Origin: Macrostomum lignano
Lineage: Eukaryota
Assembly (NCBI GenBank): GCA_002269645.1
Contig: NIVC01001935.1
Location: forward strand, 62,001 to 126,000
Reading direction: 5' to 3'
DNA length: 64,000 bases
Below the pieces are notes generated by a model. The model was not told where the DNA came from. It saw nothing but the letters and a program-made list of their open reading frames with translations, and made no database searches. Positions 12,449 through 24,824 of the stretch are shown in pieces (the stretch's first letter is position 1; each line of letters starts with the position of its first letter). The translations under genes and the position numbers were made by a program.

Positions 12449-15385
12449 ACACACTCTTGCCCAATCGCCAAAACCCTCTCCCTCCTGGCTAAACTCCAAT
12501 CTTCACCAGAAAAGCCTGTTTGATCTCAACCCAGTGTGTACACTCACTCTAAGGCCAACCGCAAACCGAAATGTACACTGAATTCCTACCCCTCTTAGTA
12601 GTCCCCGCCTCTATTAATATTTCAGTGCCAGTTTTTATTAACGCAGATCACCAGTTTTTTACTTTGCTACCGGGTTTAATGAGAACGCAATGACTTATTC
12701 TTTTTGAACTGTATAGGCCTTCGTTTGTTCTGCTAGTTTTGGAAGAACTGCTTGTGTAGGGTTCTTTAATTAATTATGTACATCTCCGATGGCGGTGTCT
12801 TCCCATTTCCGAGTCTGGTCTGGTACACGCGCACTAATCTTGTGATACGCCCAAAGTTGAGCACTTCCTGTTGGTAAATGATTGATTTAATTTCTAGTTT
12901 GTCAGCTGTGCCAGGCAATAATTATTAAGAATTTTCCGTTTCTGGTCAAGCTGTGCATTAATTACTTTTTAAAAGTTTTTATTTGATCCAGATTGTTTTT
13001 CTCTTAATTATCAGACTATTTAAATTCCTTGAGTGCTGCTTTTGTTTTAGAATTGTATTGTTGCTATAAAAATTGAAAATTAAGATTAGTTTTAGTTGCG
13101 GCCAGTTGTAGACTGCTTTGCTATAAAATATTTAAAAAGATTTTTATCTCTGTGCAATCCAGCACTTTTTTCTATTAAGAAAAATTAGACTTTACCTGTA
13201 GTTAATTGTGCACAGCACAGCCCTATTGATTTTTGTTTTTTATTGGTTTTCAAGGTTAAAAGCCTTTTGTTTTAATTTGATTGACACAATTGCGAGATAG
13301 AATAGAGATACTCAACACAGTTTTTGCTTGTGCAACCAATGCTGCTGCTGACTGTCGGGCTTCAATAAGCAGGAAAAATTAACAGCTCTTTTTATTACAA
13401 TACCTGTCTGATTATGATCTGCAGAACTGTTTTTAAGCTGCAACTTTTTATTAGATATTCATTTAATTAGATTGATTTAAGAACCTTAGAGAAGAGTGGT
13501 GCGGCACTGGCAGGTTCGTGCCTGCCCTGCAGCGGTTGTCTGAAAAATCTTTGAAATTATTATAGCTAATAAATCATATTTCATACTGTTCCTGCGTCCT
13601 GCGCAGTTTCAATTTGCTGTCTTTTATCTTTTGACAAAAATATTCAACAGTTACGCGCTCGCGCTTCTATTTGCACCCTAAATTTAGCGATTGAATTTTT
13701 TTCGGCTGTTATTAACTGATTTGCCTTATTTATTTGACCGGCTAGATCCATCCGATGACTGGTTGAGGTTGATCATTAAAGACTGTCAACGATTTTGGAG
13801 GGCTGGAAATTTCTCTATTAAGCTTAGCTTCAATGCGTTTGATAAAAATACAAAAAAAACAACAAAAATCCGACCAATTCGCATTGTGATTCGACGAATA
13901 AATTGAATTATAATCGCAAAAGTTGTTTTCTAGGATGAGTACCGGTATTGCAGAGGATGATAGATATACATCATACATGTTTTATTTAGATGGAGAATAG
14001 CCTAGATAGACACAATAACTAGTCCAGTGTCCTTCCTTGTAACTGTGCGTACGCCAAATTTCTTTCCCCGCGCTTGTTTTCTGTCTACCCGAGGCCCTAG
14101 TCCCCGCCTACCCCGTTAGATTTTTATTTCGGTGTCTCGCCCCCCCGGCCTGTCCCGATCCCGAACCTGTTTACGGGTACGGGGTACGTGTGTACGCAAG
14201 CTGCGGGCACAGTGTACAGTGCGCGCTCCACCCCATCTATGTACATTGAACCGTTTTTACGACCTCTTACCGGAGAGTGGGTGGAGAGGGACGGGCGGCG
14301 GAGAGAGCGGCTGGGGTTTGGACAGATCTGCACTCCGCGCAGAACGGAGGGGGCAGGCCGGCTTGTCCTTATTTCGCCCCCGGCCAGACCAAACAGAACC
14401 AAGCAAAAGCAGCTTGCCTGAGCCCTGAGTGCGGCGAATGCGACAATACCTTACAGACGGCGGAAGAGCTCAGAAAAACCAGTCCGACCTACTCCGGCCC
14501 TTAGAACTTTACTCTCTACTCGCGTCGCGCTCAAAAAATCAAAGGAAACGCACAGAGAAGATTAGAGGACTGCTCGCTATATGCTGTGATTGAGAGAAGG
14601 GCATCGGTGAGTGCCAGCCGCTGTATCTAAGGTACCATTTTATGTCAACTGAAGCCAGTCGAGTATTTCTTACTCTATTGACTTGACTGCTGCAGAATTC
14701 AAATTTTATTTGCTGTCGTCTGCCTCGCACCGTCTGAGTCTGTCTAGTCTGAATCTGGTAGAAATAAAAGTACATTGAATTTCTAATTTTCTACTCTACT
14801 CGTACACTAGCCTTAGAGTTAAACGCTGTATTAGGCTAACTGGAAAAGCCATTAGGATATTAGCAACAACATTAGCCCGCTGGATAAAGGTGAGAAATTA
14901 ACTATTGACTGCTAGCTGCGTATTAGCCAAATCAGGAAGCAAAGATGCACTCTATGGTTGAACTCTGACTTCACAGGCCAAAATCAACACTTGTCTGCTG
15001 AAGAAAAGTTTAAAAGTAACCATTTAATAGATCTAGTGCTGGAGCTGATTTTATTCAATTAGTTTTGTTGCGTTTCTTTTCAAGTCAGAGAAAGATCACT
15101 ATGACCTTCTTTTGACCTCGCGCAGTGCAGGCCAAACAGAGCCAACATCGCTGACCGCTCGTTCAAGACAAGTTGCTGAATACACGAGCCAAAGAACAAA
15201 GGAAAATACGGGAGTTGGCCAAAGCTACTCGTGTTGGAGATAAACTATGCTGCAGTGCAGGCCTCACAGCCAGTCAGCAGCAGCAAAAGCAGCAACAGCA
15301 AAATCAGAAGCCGGTCTTGTTCAGACGACGGCCGCCAGTAGCCGCTGATTGGCCGGTGAAGCTGCTCGGCTCCCTTCTCCATCAA

Positions 15386-18304
15386 ATGAGTGACAGCAGC
15401 GGAGTGCAGCCTGCCGAAGATGACGATGGCCTGCGATGGGAGGACACCGCGGCGGCGGCTGTGGCTGCAGTGGCGTTGGAAGCTGCGGCAGGCGGCGCAG
15501 CGGCGGAAGCCGACGTCGCAACGGAGGACGAGACCGAGGCGGACTTCGAGTGCAGCCTGAAGCGGGTGGACAGCCTCACCCTGGCGCTGCGGGCCCTGCA
15601 GGCTGGCGGGCTGCAGTACTCGCAGGTACAACTGGGCTCTCAGAATCTTCAAGACTGACGGGGGGGGGAGCTTGGAGAAGCTGCACTCAGTTCTGAAGCC
15701 TTCACTCCCAAGCCGATTCCCAAGCCGGAAGCCACGGTTATCCCAACTTGAAGCTACGATTCCCCTTCCTGAAGCAACGATTTCCCACCCTGAAGCTACG
15801 ATTACCCACCCTGAAGCTACGATTTCCCACCCTGAAGCAACGATTCCCCACCCTGAAGCTACGATGCCCCATCTTGAAGCTACGGTTCCACACCCTGAAG
15901 CTACGATTCCCCACCCTGAAGCTACGATTTCCCACCCTGAAGCTACGATTCCCCTTCCTGAAGCAACGATTCCCCACCCTGAAGCTACGATGCCCCATCT
16001 TGAAGCTACGGTTCCACACCCTGAAGCTACGGTTCCCAAGCCTGAAGCTACGATTCCCCACCCTGAAGCTACGATTTACCACCCTGAAGCTACGATGCCC
16101 CATCTTGAAGCTACGGTTCCACACCCTGAAGCTACGGTTCCCAAGCCTGAAGCTACGATTCCACACCCTGAAGCTACGATTTCCCACCCTGAAGCTACGA
16201 TTTCCCACCCTGAAGCTACGATTCCCCTTCCTGAAGCAACGATTTCCCACCCTGAAGCTACGATTCCCCTTCCTGAAGCTACGATTTCCCACCCTGAAGC
16301 TACGATGCCCCATCTTGAAGCTACGCTTCCACACCCTGAAGCTACAGTTCCCAAGCCTGAAGCTACGATTCCCCACCCTGAAGCTACGATTCCCCACCCT
16401 GAAGCTACGATTCCCCACCCTGAAGCTACGATTTCCCACCCTGAAGCTACGATTCCCCTTCCTGAAGCAACGATTCCCCACCCTGAAGCTACGATGCCCC
16501 ATCTTGAAGCTACGGTTCCACACCCTGAAGCTACAGTTCCCAAGCCTGAAGCTACGATTCCACACCCTGAAGCTACGGTTCCCAAGCCTGAAGCTACGAT
16601 TCCCCACCCTGAAGCTACGATTCCAAAAAGCCTGAAGCTACGATTCCCAAGCCTGAAGCTACGATTCCCAAGCCGGAAGCCACGGTTATCCCAACTTGAA
16701 GCTACAATTCCCCTTCCTGAAGCAACGATTCCCCACCCTGAAGCTACGATGCCCCATCTTGAAGCTACGGTTCCACACCCTGAAGCTACGGTTCCCAAGC
16801 CTGAAGCTACGATTCCCCACCCTGAAGCTATGATTCCCCACCCTGAAGGTACGATTCCCTATCTTGAAGCTACGATTCCCCACCCTGAAGGTACAATTCC
16901 CCATCTTGAAGCTGCAAATTCACCCCCTGAAGCTCGGGGTCGGTATCACAAGAAAGCAGCTCAGATTACAGCAGCCGACTGCACCGGTTGGACCCCAGTT
17001 AAAACCGCTGGCCGCACCGCCAAACCTCCGCAGGACAACGCGGCGAACAGCGGCAACAGCCTCGACAGCAGCCGCAGCGGCAGCGACAGCCAGCTGGACG
17101 AGGACTCTCGGCCCGCCTACAAGCGCGCTTCCAGCCTCAAGCTGCCCCGCCAGCAGGAAGACTCCAGCCCGGACGCAGTCACCAAGAAGGCCGTCCGCTT
17201 CGCCGACGCGATGGGCCTCGACCTCGCCCTGGTCCGCGACGTGTTCGACCTCGAATCGCCGCCGGAAATTCCCCCGCAGGCGACCCGTGACCTCGTGTTG
17301 CCCCCGTCCGACGACGAGGAACAGGCGGAGGAAGGCGACGATCTTCTGAGCTTCAGAGACCTGCAGCAGCAGAAGCCGCCGCCGCACGCACCTGTTCATC
17401 TCTACCTGTCGCCGTCGTTCGCCCAGCCGGGCTCGGCGCCGAACTTCAACTCGCGAATCGCCGCCCAGAAGGTGGTGCTGGAGAGGGCGCAGTTCCACCA
17501 GCAGGCCCCTACAGTCGGTCTGCCTTCCTTCACCCAGCATGCGCCCGCACCTGCGACCACAGTTGGCGGCCAGGTGAGCCCGCCCGGATGGAGAGTCCAG
17601 ATATTTGAGTCGGGAATTTTGCGTCAAAATAAAGATTTAGGGTTCGTGTCACGTGATTTACATTTAGGTCTTCAAGTGTGGGATTTAGGGCTGAGATTTA
17701 GGGCTTTAAACTTGAAATTTAGCGCTTGATTTAGGGCTTAAAGCGTGAGATTTAGGGCTTAAAACTTGAGATTTGGGCCTTAAAAGCCAAGATTTAGGGC
17801 TTAAACCTTGGGATTTAGGGCTTGAAGCTTGAGATTTATTGTTCATAAGTGAAACTTCAGTGTTGAGAAATTGAGCTTAAGAGTTCAGTATTGTAGCTTT
17901 AGGTTTTCGAGAAATTTGAGCTTCAATATTCAGAACTGGAGCTTCACCAGTGCTGCCAACCGCCCCGACCCTTCGCCCGGCAGGTCCGCGGTTTCGTCCG
18001 CGTGGCCAACCTGGGCTTCAAGAAGGCTGTCCGAGTCAAAGCCAGCCTGGACAACTGGGGCAACAGCTTCGAGGTCTGCGCCGACTACGTCTCCGGCAAC
18101 GGCAGCAGCGACCAGTTCGCCTTCACGCTGGGCCTGCCGGACTGGCTGCGGGCCGGGGATCGAGTCGCGTTCTGCATCGCCTACTCGGTGAACGGCGAGA
18201 CCTACTGGGACAACAACTTCGGCGACAACTACGCCTTCAACTGCGTGCCGGTGGGCTCGGGCCCGCGGCCGGGCCTCGACCAGGCCTGGACCAGATACGT
18301 CTAG
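15386..18304 (+). CDS. PPP1R3: Protein phosphatase 1 glycogen-targeting regulatory subunit (PPP1R3 family, CBM21 domain), ~366 aa
   Basis: Exons 15386-15625, 17034-17573 (acceptor less certain), 17984-18304, all phase 0. RVxF motif KKAVRFADAMGLDL; FAQP...QKVVLE; CBM21 VRGFVRVANLGFKKAVRV...DNW...FCIAYSVNGETYWDNNFGDNY. Confidence 0.9.
15700..16930. repeat. 21-bp minisatellite (CCTGAAGCTACGATTCCCCAC) with higher-order duplication, PPP1R3 intron 1
   Basis: Tandem unit read directly; the block TTCCCAAGCCGGAAGCCACGGTTATCCCAACTTG recurs near 15716 and 16664. Confidence 0.93.
17680..17835. repeat. Degenerate GATTTAGGGCTT-type tandem repeat, PPP1R3 intron 2
   Basis: About 7 imperfect copies read directly. 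Confidence 0.75.
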
Positions 18305-18789
18305 ACAGCGCGCCAATTCAAAACCGAGTGTTTCTAAGAAATGGTTGCTCAGAAACAGCTATTGTTGATCCGTTGGCAGAAAGCCTGTTGTCTTCTAAAT
18401 TCAAAGATCGGCGGGGCCCAAATAAATTTTATTTTTATTTAATAAAACAAATTGTTTTGTTATACACAAATCTGATGTAAATTTTATTTTAACTCTTGAA
18501 GATTTTATCACCTTGAGTGTTTCTTAGTTTTCTGAATTAGTTTGCTAAGGCCCAGCCGATTCTAGAGAGACTGAGGTGTGACTTCATCACTTCAGCTAGC
18601 GAGTTCCCAGTACCGACTCATTGACTTATTTGTCCTCTGTACCAAGTGCGTCATTCACTTAGTGAGCCGTTATTCTTGGCTGCTTAGGTGTGCTCAACCG
18701 ACCAAAGTTTTGCGTCAAATTTTGAAATCGATTACAATAAGCCGCTTTCTAGTTGCCTTTGATAAGATACTTCTCAATTTTCAGCGCTT

Positions 18790-19410
18790 GCAAGAATCCC
18801 TGCAAATCCGCCTTGAGAATCCCTGCAAATCCGCCCCGAGAATCCCTGCAAATCCGCCACGAGAGTCCCTGCAAATCCACCCCTAGAGAATCCCTGCAAA
18901 TCCGCCCCGAGAATCCCTGCAAATCCGCCACGAGAGTCCCTGCAAATCCGCCACGAGAGTCCCTGCAAATCCGCCCCGAGAATCCCTGCAAATCCGCCTT
19001 GAGAATCCCTGCAAATCCGCCCCGAGAATCCCTGCAAATCCGCCACGAGAGTCCCTGCAAATCCACCCCTAGAGAATCCCTGCAAATCCGCCCCGAGAAT
19101 CCCTGCAAATCCGCCCCGAGAATCCCTGCAAATCCGCCACGAGAATCCCTGCAAATCCGCCACGAGAGTCCCTGCAAATCCGCCACGAGAGTCCCTGCAA
19201 ATCCACCCCTAGAGAATCCCTGCAAATCCGCCCCGAGAATCCCTGCAAATCCGCCTCGAGAATCCCTGCAAATCCGCCTCGAGAATCCCTGTAAATCCGC
19301 TCCGAAAATCCCTGTAAATCCGCCCCGAAAATCCCTGCAAATCCGCCCCGAGAATCCCTGTAAATCCGCCCCGAAAATCCCTGTAAATCCGCCCCTAGAA
19401 CTCCTCTAAA
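18790..19410. repeat. ~23-bp minisatellite (GAGAATCCCTGCAAATCCGCCCC), ~27 copies
   Basis: Tandem unit read directly. Confidence 0.93.
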
Positions 19411-20324
19411 TCCTCTCATGATACCCATCCATTCCGCCCCCAGAACCGGACCAGCCCCAACTTTTACAAAAGCAGTTTCTCCCCATTAGAATCGTGTTTA
19501 GTTAATTGAACCCTGTTACAGTAGAATTTTACCGTTGTACAAAGCATACATTTCGCTAGGTTTAGATGAAGCTTCTAGCTGCATTGTACTGCCTTCAGCC
19601 CCTAGACGTTGAAGCCCCGCTTGCACCCACCTGTAAATGTTTGAAAAATAAACCGACAAAAACGAGTGAAAATTTATTTTAAAATATTATTTCATACACA
19701 GTTAATGACAAACTATCTGCTCCATAATTAGTTGATTACGCCAGCCAGTGTCAGTACGGCTCGTATATTGAATTTTTAATTGCCTTTTGAAATTTCATTC
19801 TGTAATTAGCAAACAGAGGTTGTAAACCTTGCAAAAAATTGGAGCTGAAATAGTCATTACGGTTTATAAAGTAGGAGCAACAAAATAAGTTTGCTGTGAA
19901 GACGGAAATATTGAAAGAAAATAACCTTTTATACTACTTGCGAGTAGGCAAAATATAATTTTAAAAAATATAGGCTGGCGTTGAAAATGCTTGTTAAATT
20001 TATAGTACTAATACAAATGCAATACCCATTTTGTATTCATTACACTAAATGAACACTACTTAAAATCAAGGACAAAGCACCGCTACAAAAACATAAAATT
20101 GTTGCATATGAAGTGCGCTAAGATGTACCTACCGGGAATTTCATGCGTTGGCAGCAAGCTACCACGGCAGCGCAGAGAATAAAATGAAAAAGCTAACAAA
20201 AATGCTACTGATACAAATATATATTAGGCTTCTTTCACAGATTAGGGCGGACCGCCCAATATAACAGGGCTATTTAGCCAGGCTATAAAACAGAACTTTT
20301 CACTTATCAGCGAAGAGACAGATG

Positions 20325-20555
20325 GAACGGCCTGAGCTGCCCTCTGATTGGCTAAGGGAGAGAGAGCGGCCTGAGCTGCCCTCTGATTGACTAGGGGAGA
20401 GAGAGCGGCCTGAGCTGCCCTGTGATTGGCTAGGGGAGAGAGAGCGGCCTGAGCTGCCCTGTGATTGGCTAGGGGAGAGAGAACGGCCTGAGCTGCCTTC
20501 TGATTCGCTAGGGGGGGGGGGGAGAGAGCGGCCTGAGCTGCCCTCTGATTGGCCA
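20325..20555. repeat. 39-bp minisatellite with a CCAAT box in most units, ~6 copies
   Basis: Unit GAGAGAGAGCGGCCTGAGCTGCCCTCTGATTGGCTAGGG; period 39 confirmed at 20366/20405. Confidence 0.9.
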
Positions 20556-20679
20556 GGGAGAAATAACAGCGTGGGAAATCTCTGAATGGCTGGAAAACAT
20601 CTCAAAACCAGAGTATTTTGTCAAAGTTCTACAAGACAAATAAATAAGCACAGAATCAGTTTAATACGGTAGCAGCGAA

Positions 20680-23600
20680 CTACAATAGCCTCAAACGCTT
20701 TCTTGGAGGCGAGCCACCCGCGCTGGGAGAATCCAGACATCGATGCCTGGTTTTAGAAGGCGGCTGCTGCTGCTGACCCGCTGATTCAATAGCGCTGAAG
20801 ATAATGGGGATAGTTGACAAATAATGAGGGCTGAGGCTGCGATCCCCACTCCCCCTCATACCGATCCCCCCCCCAACACTCTGATCCCCACTCTCTCTCA
20901 TTCCGATTATCACCCCTCACATCATGATCAGTACTCCCAACATTCTGATACCTACTCCCAACATTCTGATACCTACTCCCAACATTCTGATACCTACTCC
21001 CAACATTCTGATCCCTACTCCCAACATTCTGCTCCCCACTCCCAACATTCTGCTCCCCACTCCCAACATTCTGATCCCTACTCCCAACATTCTGATACCT
21101 ACTCCCAACATTCTGATCCCCACTCCCCACATTCTGCTCCCCACTCCCAACTGTTAGCGAAGGCCGAGTTGGCTTTAGAGGCGATTAAGAGGCGCTCGAT
21201 TGTGTATATATTTAATTGAAATAAAAGTGATGCCGCGCACTGAACGATAGCATAAAAGCTTACACCATAGACATCTCAGCCAATCAATAGTCTCTACATC
21301 ACCAACATTCTGCTCCCCACTCCCAACATTCTGCTACCCACTCCCAACATTCTGATCCCCACTCCCAACATTCTGATCCCCACTCCCAACATTCTGCTCA
21401 CCACTCCAAACATTCTGCTCACCACTCCCAACATTCTGCTCCCCACTCCCAACATTTTGCTCACCACTCCAAACATTCTGCTCCCCACTCCCAACATTCT
21501 GATCCCCACTCCCAACATTCTGATCCCCACTCCCAACATTCTGATCCCCACTCCCAACATTCTGATCCCCACTCCCCCGCATTCTCACAAGAAATGGAAA
21601 TACCCGAGCCTATCTGACAAAAGCAATTTATGATTTCTTACCGAACGGATCCGGAGCCACCTTGCCCCTGTCCCCCGCCGTCTCCCTCTCTGTTCAAACA
21701 GCTGAGCTCGACTCGGCCGCTCAGCCGATACCCGCCGGAGATGACAATCGGCAGATTGACAGACAGCCGCTTCCTGAGCATCGGCGGTGCCGCGCTGTCA
21801 CTGTCGTCGCCGCGGCCCGCTGCCGCTTGCTGGGGTCCGGCTGTGCTGGACGAAGGCAGGACGCTGCGGTTGCTGCTTAATGGGGGTGGCGGTTGATGTC
21901 GAATGCTGCACTCAGAGCCTTCATGGAGTGCTTTGAGTCTTTTCGGGCACTTCAGTCAGAAACGCAGCTGCTTAGAACATTCAGAGCGTGCCGCTACAAT
22001 CAGATCTTTCAGGTAGAGTGCCGCTACCCTCAGATCCTTCAGGTAGAGTGCCGCTACCCTCAGATCCTTCAGGTAAAGTGCCGCTACCCTCAGATCCTTC
22101 AGGTAAAGTGCCGCTACCCTCAGATCCTTCAGGTAGAGTGCCGCTACCCTCAGATCTTTCAGGTAGAGTGCCGCTACCCTCAGATCCTTCAGGTAGAGTG
22201 CCGCTACCCTCAGATCCTTCAGGTAGAGTGCCGCTACCCTCAGATCCTTCAGGTAGAGTGCCGCTACCCTCAGATCCTTCAGGTAGAGTGCCGCTACCCT
22301 CAGATCCTTCAGGTAAAGTGCCGCTACCCTCAGATCCTTCAGGTAAAGTGCCGCTACCCTCAGATCCTTCAGGTAAAGTGCCGCTACCCTCAGTTCCTTC
22401 AGGTAGAGTGCCGCTACCCTGGGATCCTTCAGGTAGAGTGCCGCTACCCTGGGATCCTTCAGGTAGAGTGCCGCTACCCTCAGATCCTTCAGGTAGAGTG
22501 CCGCTACCCTCAGATCCTTCAGGTAAAGTGCCGCTAAACTCAGATCCTTCAGGTAAAGTGCCGCTACCCTCAGATCCTTCAGGTAAAGTGCCGCTACCCT
22601 CAGATCTTTCAGGTAGAGTGCCGCTACCCTGGGATCCTTCAGGTAGAGTGCCGCTACCCTCAGATCCTTCAGGTAAAGTGCCGCTACCCTCAGATCCTTC
22701 AGGTAAAGTGCCGCTACCCTCAGTTCCTTCAGGTAGAGTGCCGCTACCCTCAGATCATTCAGGTAGAGTGCCGCTACCCTCAGATCCTTCAGGTAAAGTG
22801 CCGCTACCCTCAGTTCCTTCAGGTAGAGTGCCGCTACCCTCAGTTCCTTCAGGTAGAGTGCCGCTACCCTCAGATCTTTCAGGTAGAGTGCCAATACCCT
22901 CAGATCTTTCAGGTAGAGTGCCGCTACCCTCAGATCTTTCAGGTAGAGTGCCGCTACCCTCAGATCTTTCAGGTAGAGTGCCGCTACCCTCAGATCCTTC
23001 AGGTAGAGTGCCGCTACCCTGGGATCCTTCAGGTAAAGTGCCGCTACCCTCAGTTCCTTCAGGTAGAGTGCCGCTACCCTGGGATCCTTCAGGTAGAGTG
23101 CCGCTACCCTCAGATCCTTCAGGTAGAGTGCCGCTACCCTCAGATCCTTCAGGTAAAGTGCCGCTACCCTCAGTTCCTTCAGGTAGAGTGCCGCTACCCT
23201 CAGATCCTTCAGGTAGAGTGCCGCTACCCTCAGATCCTTCAGGTAGAGTGCCGCTACCCTCAGTACCTTCAGGTAGAGTGCCGCTACCCTCAGTTCCTTC
23301 AGGTAGAGTGCCGCTACCCTGGGATCCTTCAGGTAGAGTGCCGCTACCCTGGGATCCTTCAGGTAGAGTGCCGCTACCCTGGGATCCTTCAGGTAGAGTG
23401 CCGCTACCCTCAGATCCTTCAGGTAGAGTGCCGCTACCCTCAGATCTTTCAGGTAGAGTGCCGCTACCCTCAGATCCTTCAGGTAGAGTGCCGCTACCCT
23501 CAGATCCTTCAGGTAAAGTGCCGCTACCCTCAGATCTTTCAGGTAGAGTGCCGCTACCCTCAGATCCTTCAGGTAGAGTGCCGCTACCCTCAGTTCCTTC

Positions 23601-24824
23601 AGGTAGAGTGCCAATACCCTCAGATCCTTCAGGTAGAGTGCCGCTACCCTCAGATCCTTCAGGTAAAGTGCCGCTACCCTCAGTTCCTTCAGGTAGAGTG
23701 CCGCTACCCTCAGTTCCTTCAGGTAGAGTGCCGCTACCCTGGGATCCTTCAGGTAGAGTGCCGCTACCCTGGGATCCTTCAGGTAGAGTGCCGCTACCCT
23801 CAGATCCTTCAGGTAAAGTGCCGCTACCCTGGGATCCTTCAGGTAGAGTGCCGCTACCCTCAGATCTTTCAGGTAGAGTGCCAATACCCTCAGATCTTTG
23901 AAGTAGAGTGCCAATACCCTCAGGTCCTTCAGGTAGAGTACCAATACCCCCAGATCTTTGAAGTAGAGTGCCGCTACCCTCAGTTCCTTCAGGTAGAGTG
24001 CCAATACCCCCTAGATCTTTGAAGTAGAGTGCCAATACCCTCAGGTCCTTCAGGTAGTGCCAATACCCTCAGATCTTTGAGGTAGAGTGCCACTACCCTC
24101 AGATCTTTCAGATCGAGTCAGTTCTCCAGTCAGTTCACAGAACTCCCCTCAACAAAACCAAGCAGAAGGGCAAGAGACCGGCCACCCACCAACTCAATGA
24201 AGGCGCGTCATTTCTGACAGCGGACACAGGCGTGGCCGCGGCAGTCCGCAGCTGAATGGTAGCTCGCATTGACAGCAGGGGAGTCGGCGGCAGCACGATG
24301 GGCATGCGGATGCCGCGCACCAGGGTCTGGCCTGGCAGTGGGGGCTCCTCAGCCGTGTCGGGCAAAGACGGAGGCGAAGCCGTTGCGAGCTTCGGCAGCT
24401 GCACTGTGGAGCAGCAGGCCGCGGTGCCGGAACCTGCCGAGCAGTCAGCAGCAGCTGCAGCATCTGCAGTAGTGAATTCCCGCACAACCGTGTCAAAGAT
24501 GGCGGACAGGTTGTCGGCCATGGAGGCTGGCTGGCGCCGCCTTGGCTTCTTCTTCTTGCCTTGCCTGGCCGTCTTGTCCTGCCGCTGCAGCAGCCGCTCC
24601 ATCTTGGCCACCCGGGAGTGTACCAGAGTCTCGGCCTTCTGCACCAGCTCGGCAAACGCTGAGCCAGCCGCTGCGGCAGACTCAGGCCCGTCGGCCGATA
24701 CCAGATAGTCCTCCTTCTCCAGGTTCAACACCAGGTTGAGCTCCGCCTCGCTGGCGGATGACACCATCGCCTCCAGGTGGCTGAGAACCTCCATGTAGTG
24801 CGGCATGCTGGAACTGGGCCGCAT
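20680..24824 (-). CDS. Orphan protein, ~337 aa: helical N-terminal half, low-complexity C-terminal half, two basic NLS-like motifs
   Basis: Exons 24824-24190, 21905-21642, 20794-20680; two phase-2 GT-AG introns; total 1014 nt = 338 codons; CACCACCATG start context; GC3-rich codons; motifs GKKKKPRRR and C-terminal PPRKRLRLL. No family recognised. Confidence 0.7.
20925..21580. repeat. 21-bp minisatellite (CTCCCAACATTCTGATCCCCA) in two blocks (20925-21150, 21300-21580), orphan-gene intron 2
   Basis: Tandem unit read directly; a unique ~150-bp spacer separates the blocks. Confidence 0.92.
21990..24115. repeat. 30-bp minisatellite (GCCGCTACCCTCAGATCCTTCAGGTAGAGT), ~70 copies, orphan-gene intron 1
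   Basis: Highly homogeneous tandem array; it explains the long ORFs 21956-24004, 21988-23901 and 22755-24035. Confidence 0.97.

Noticed and set aside
14090-14530. GC-rich block as an LTR or gene exon
   Set aside because: No second LTR, PBS/PPT, convincing splice pair or recognisable protein; it only shares a short TAGTCCCCGCCT motif with ~12600.
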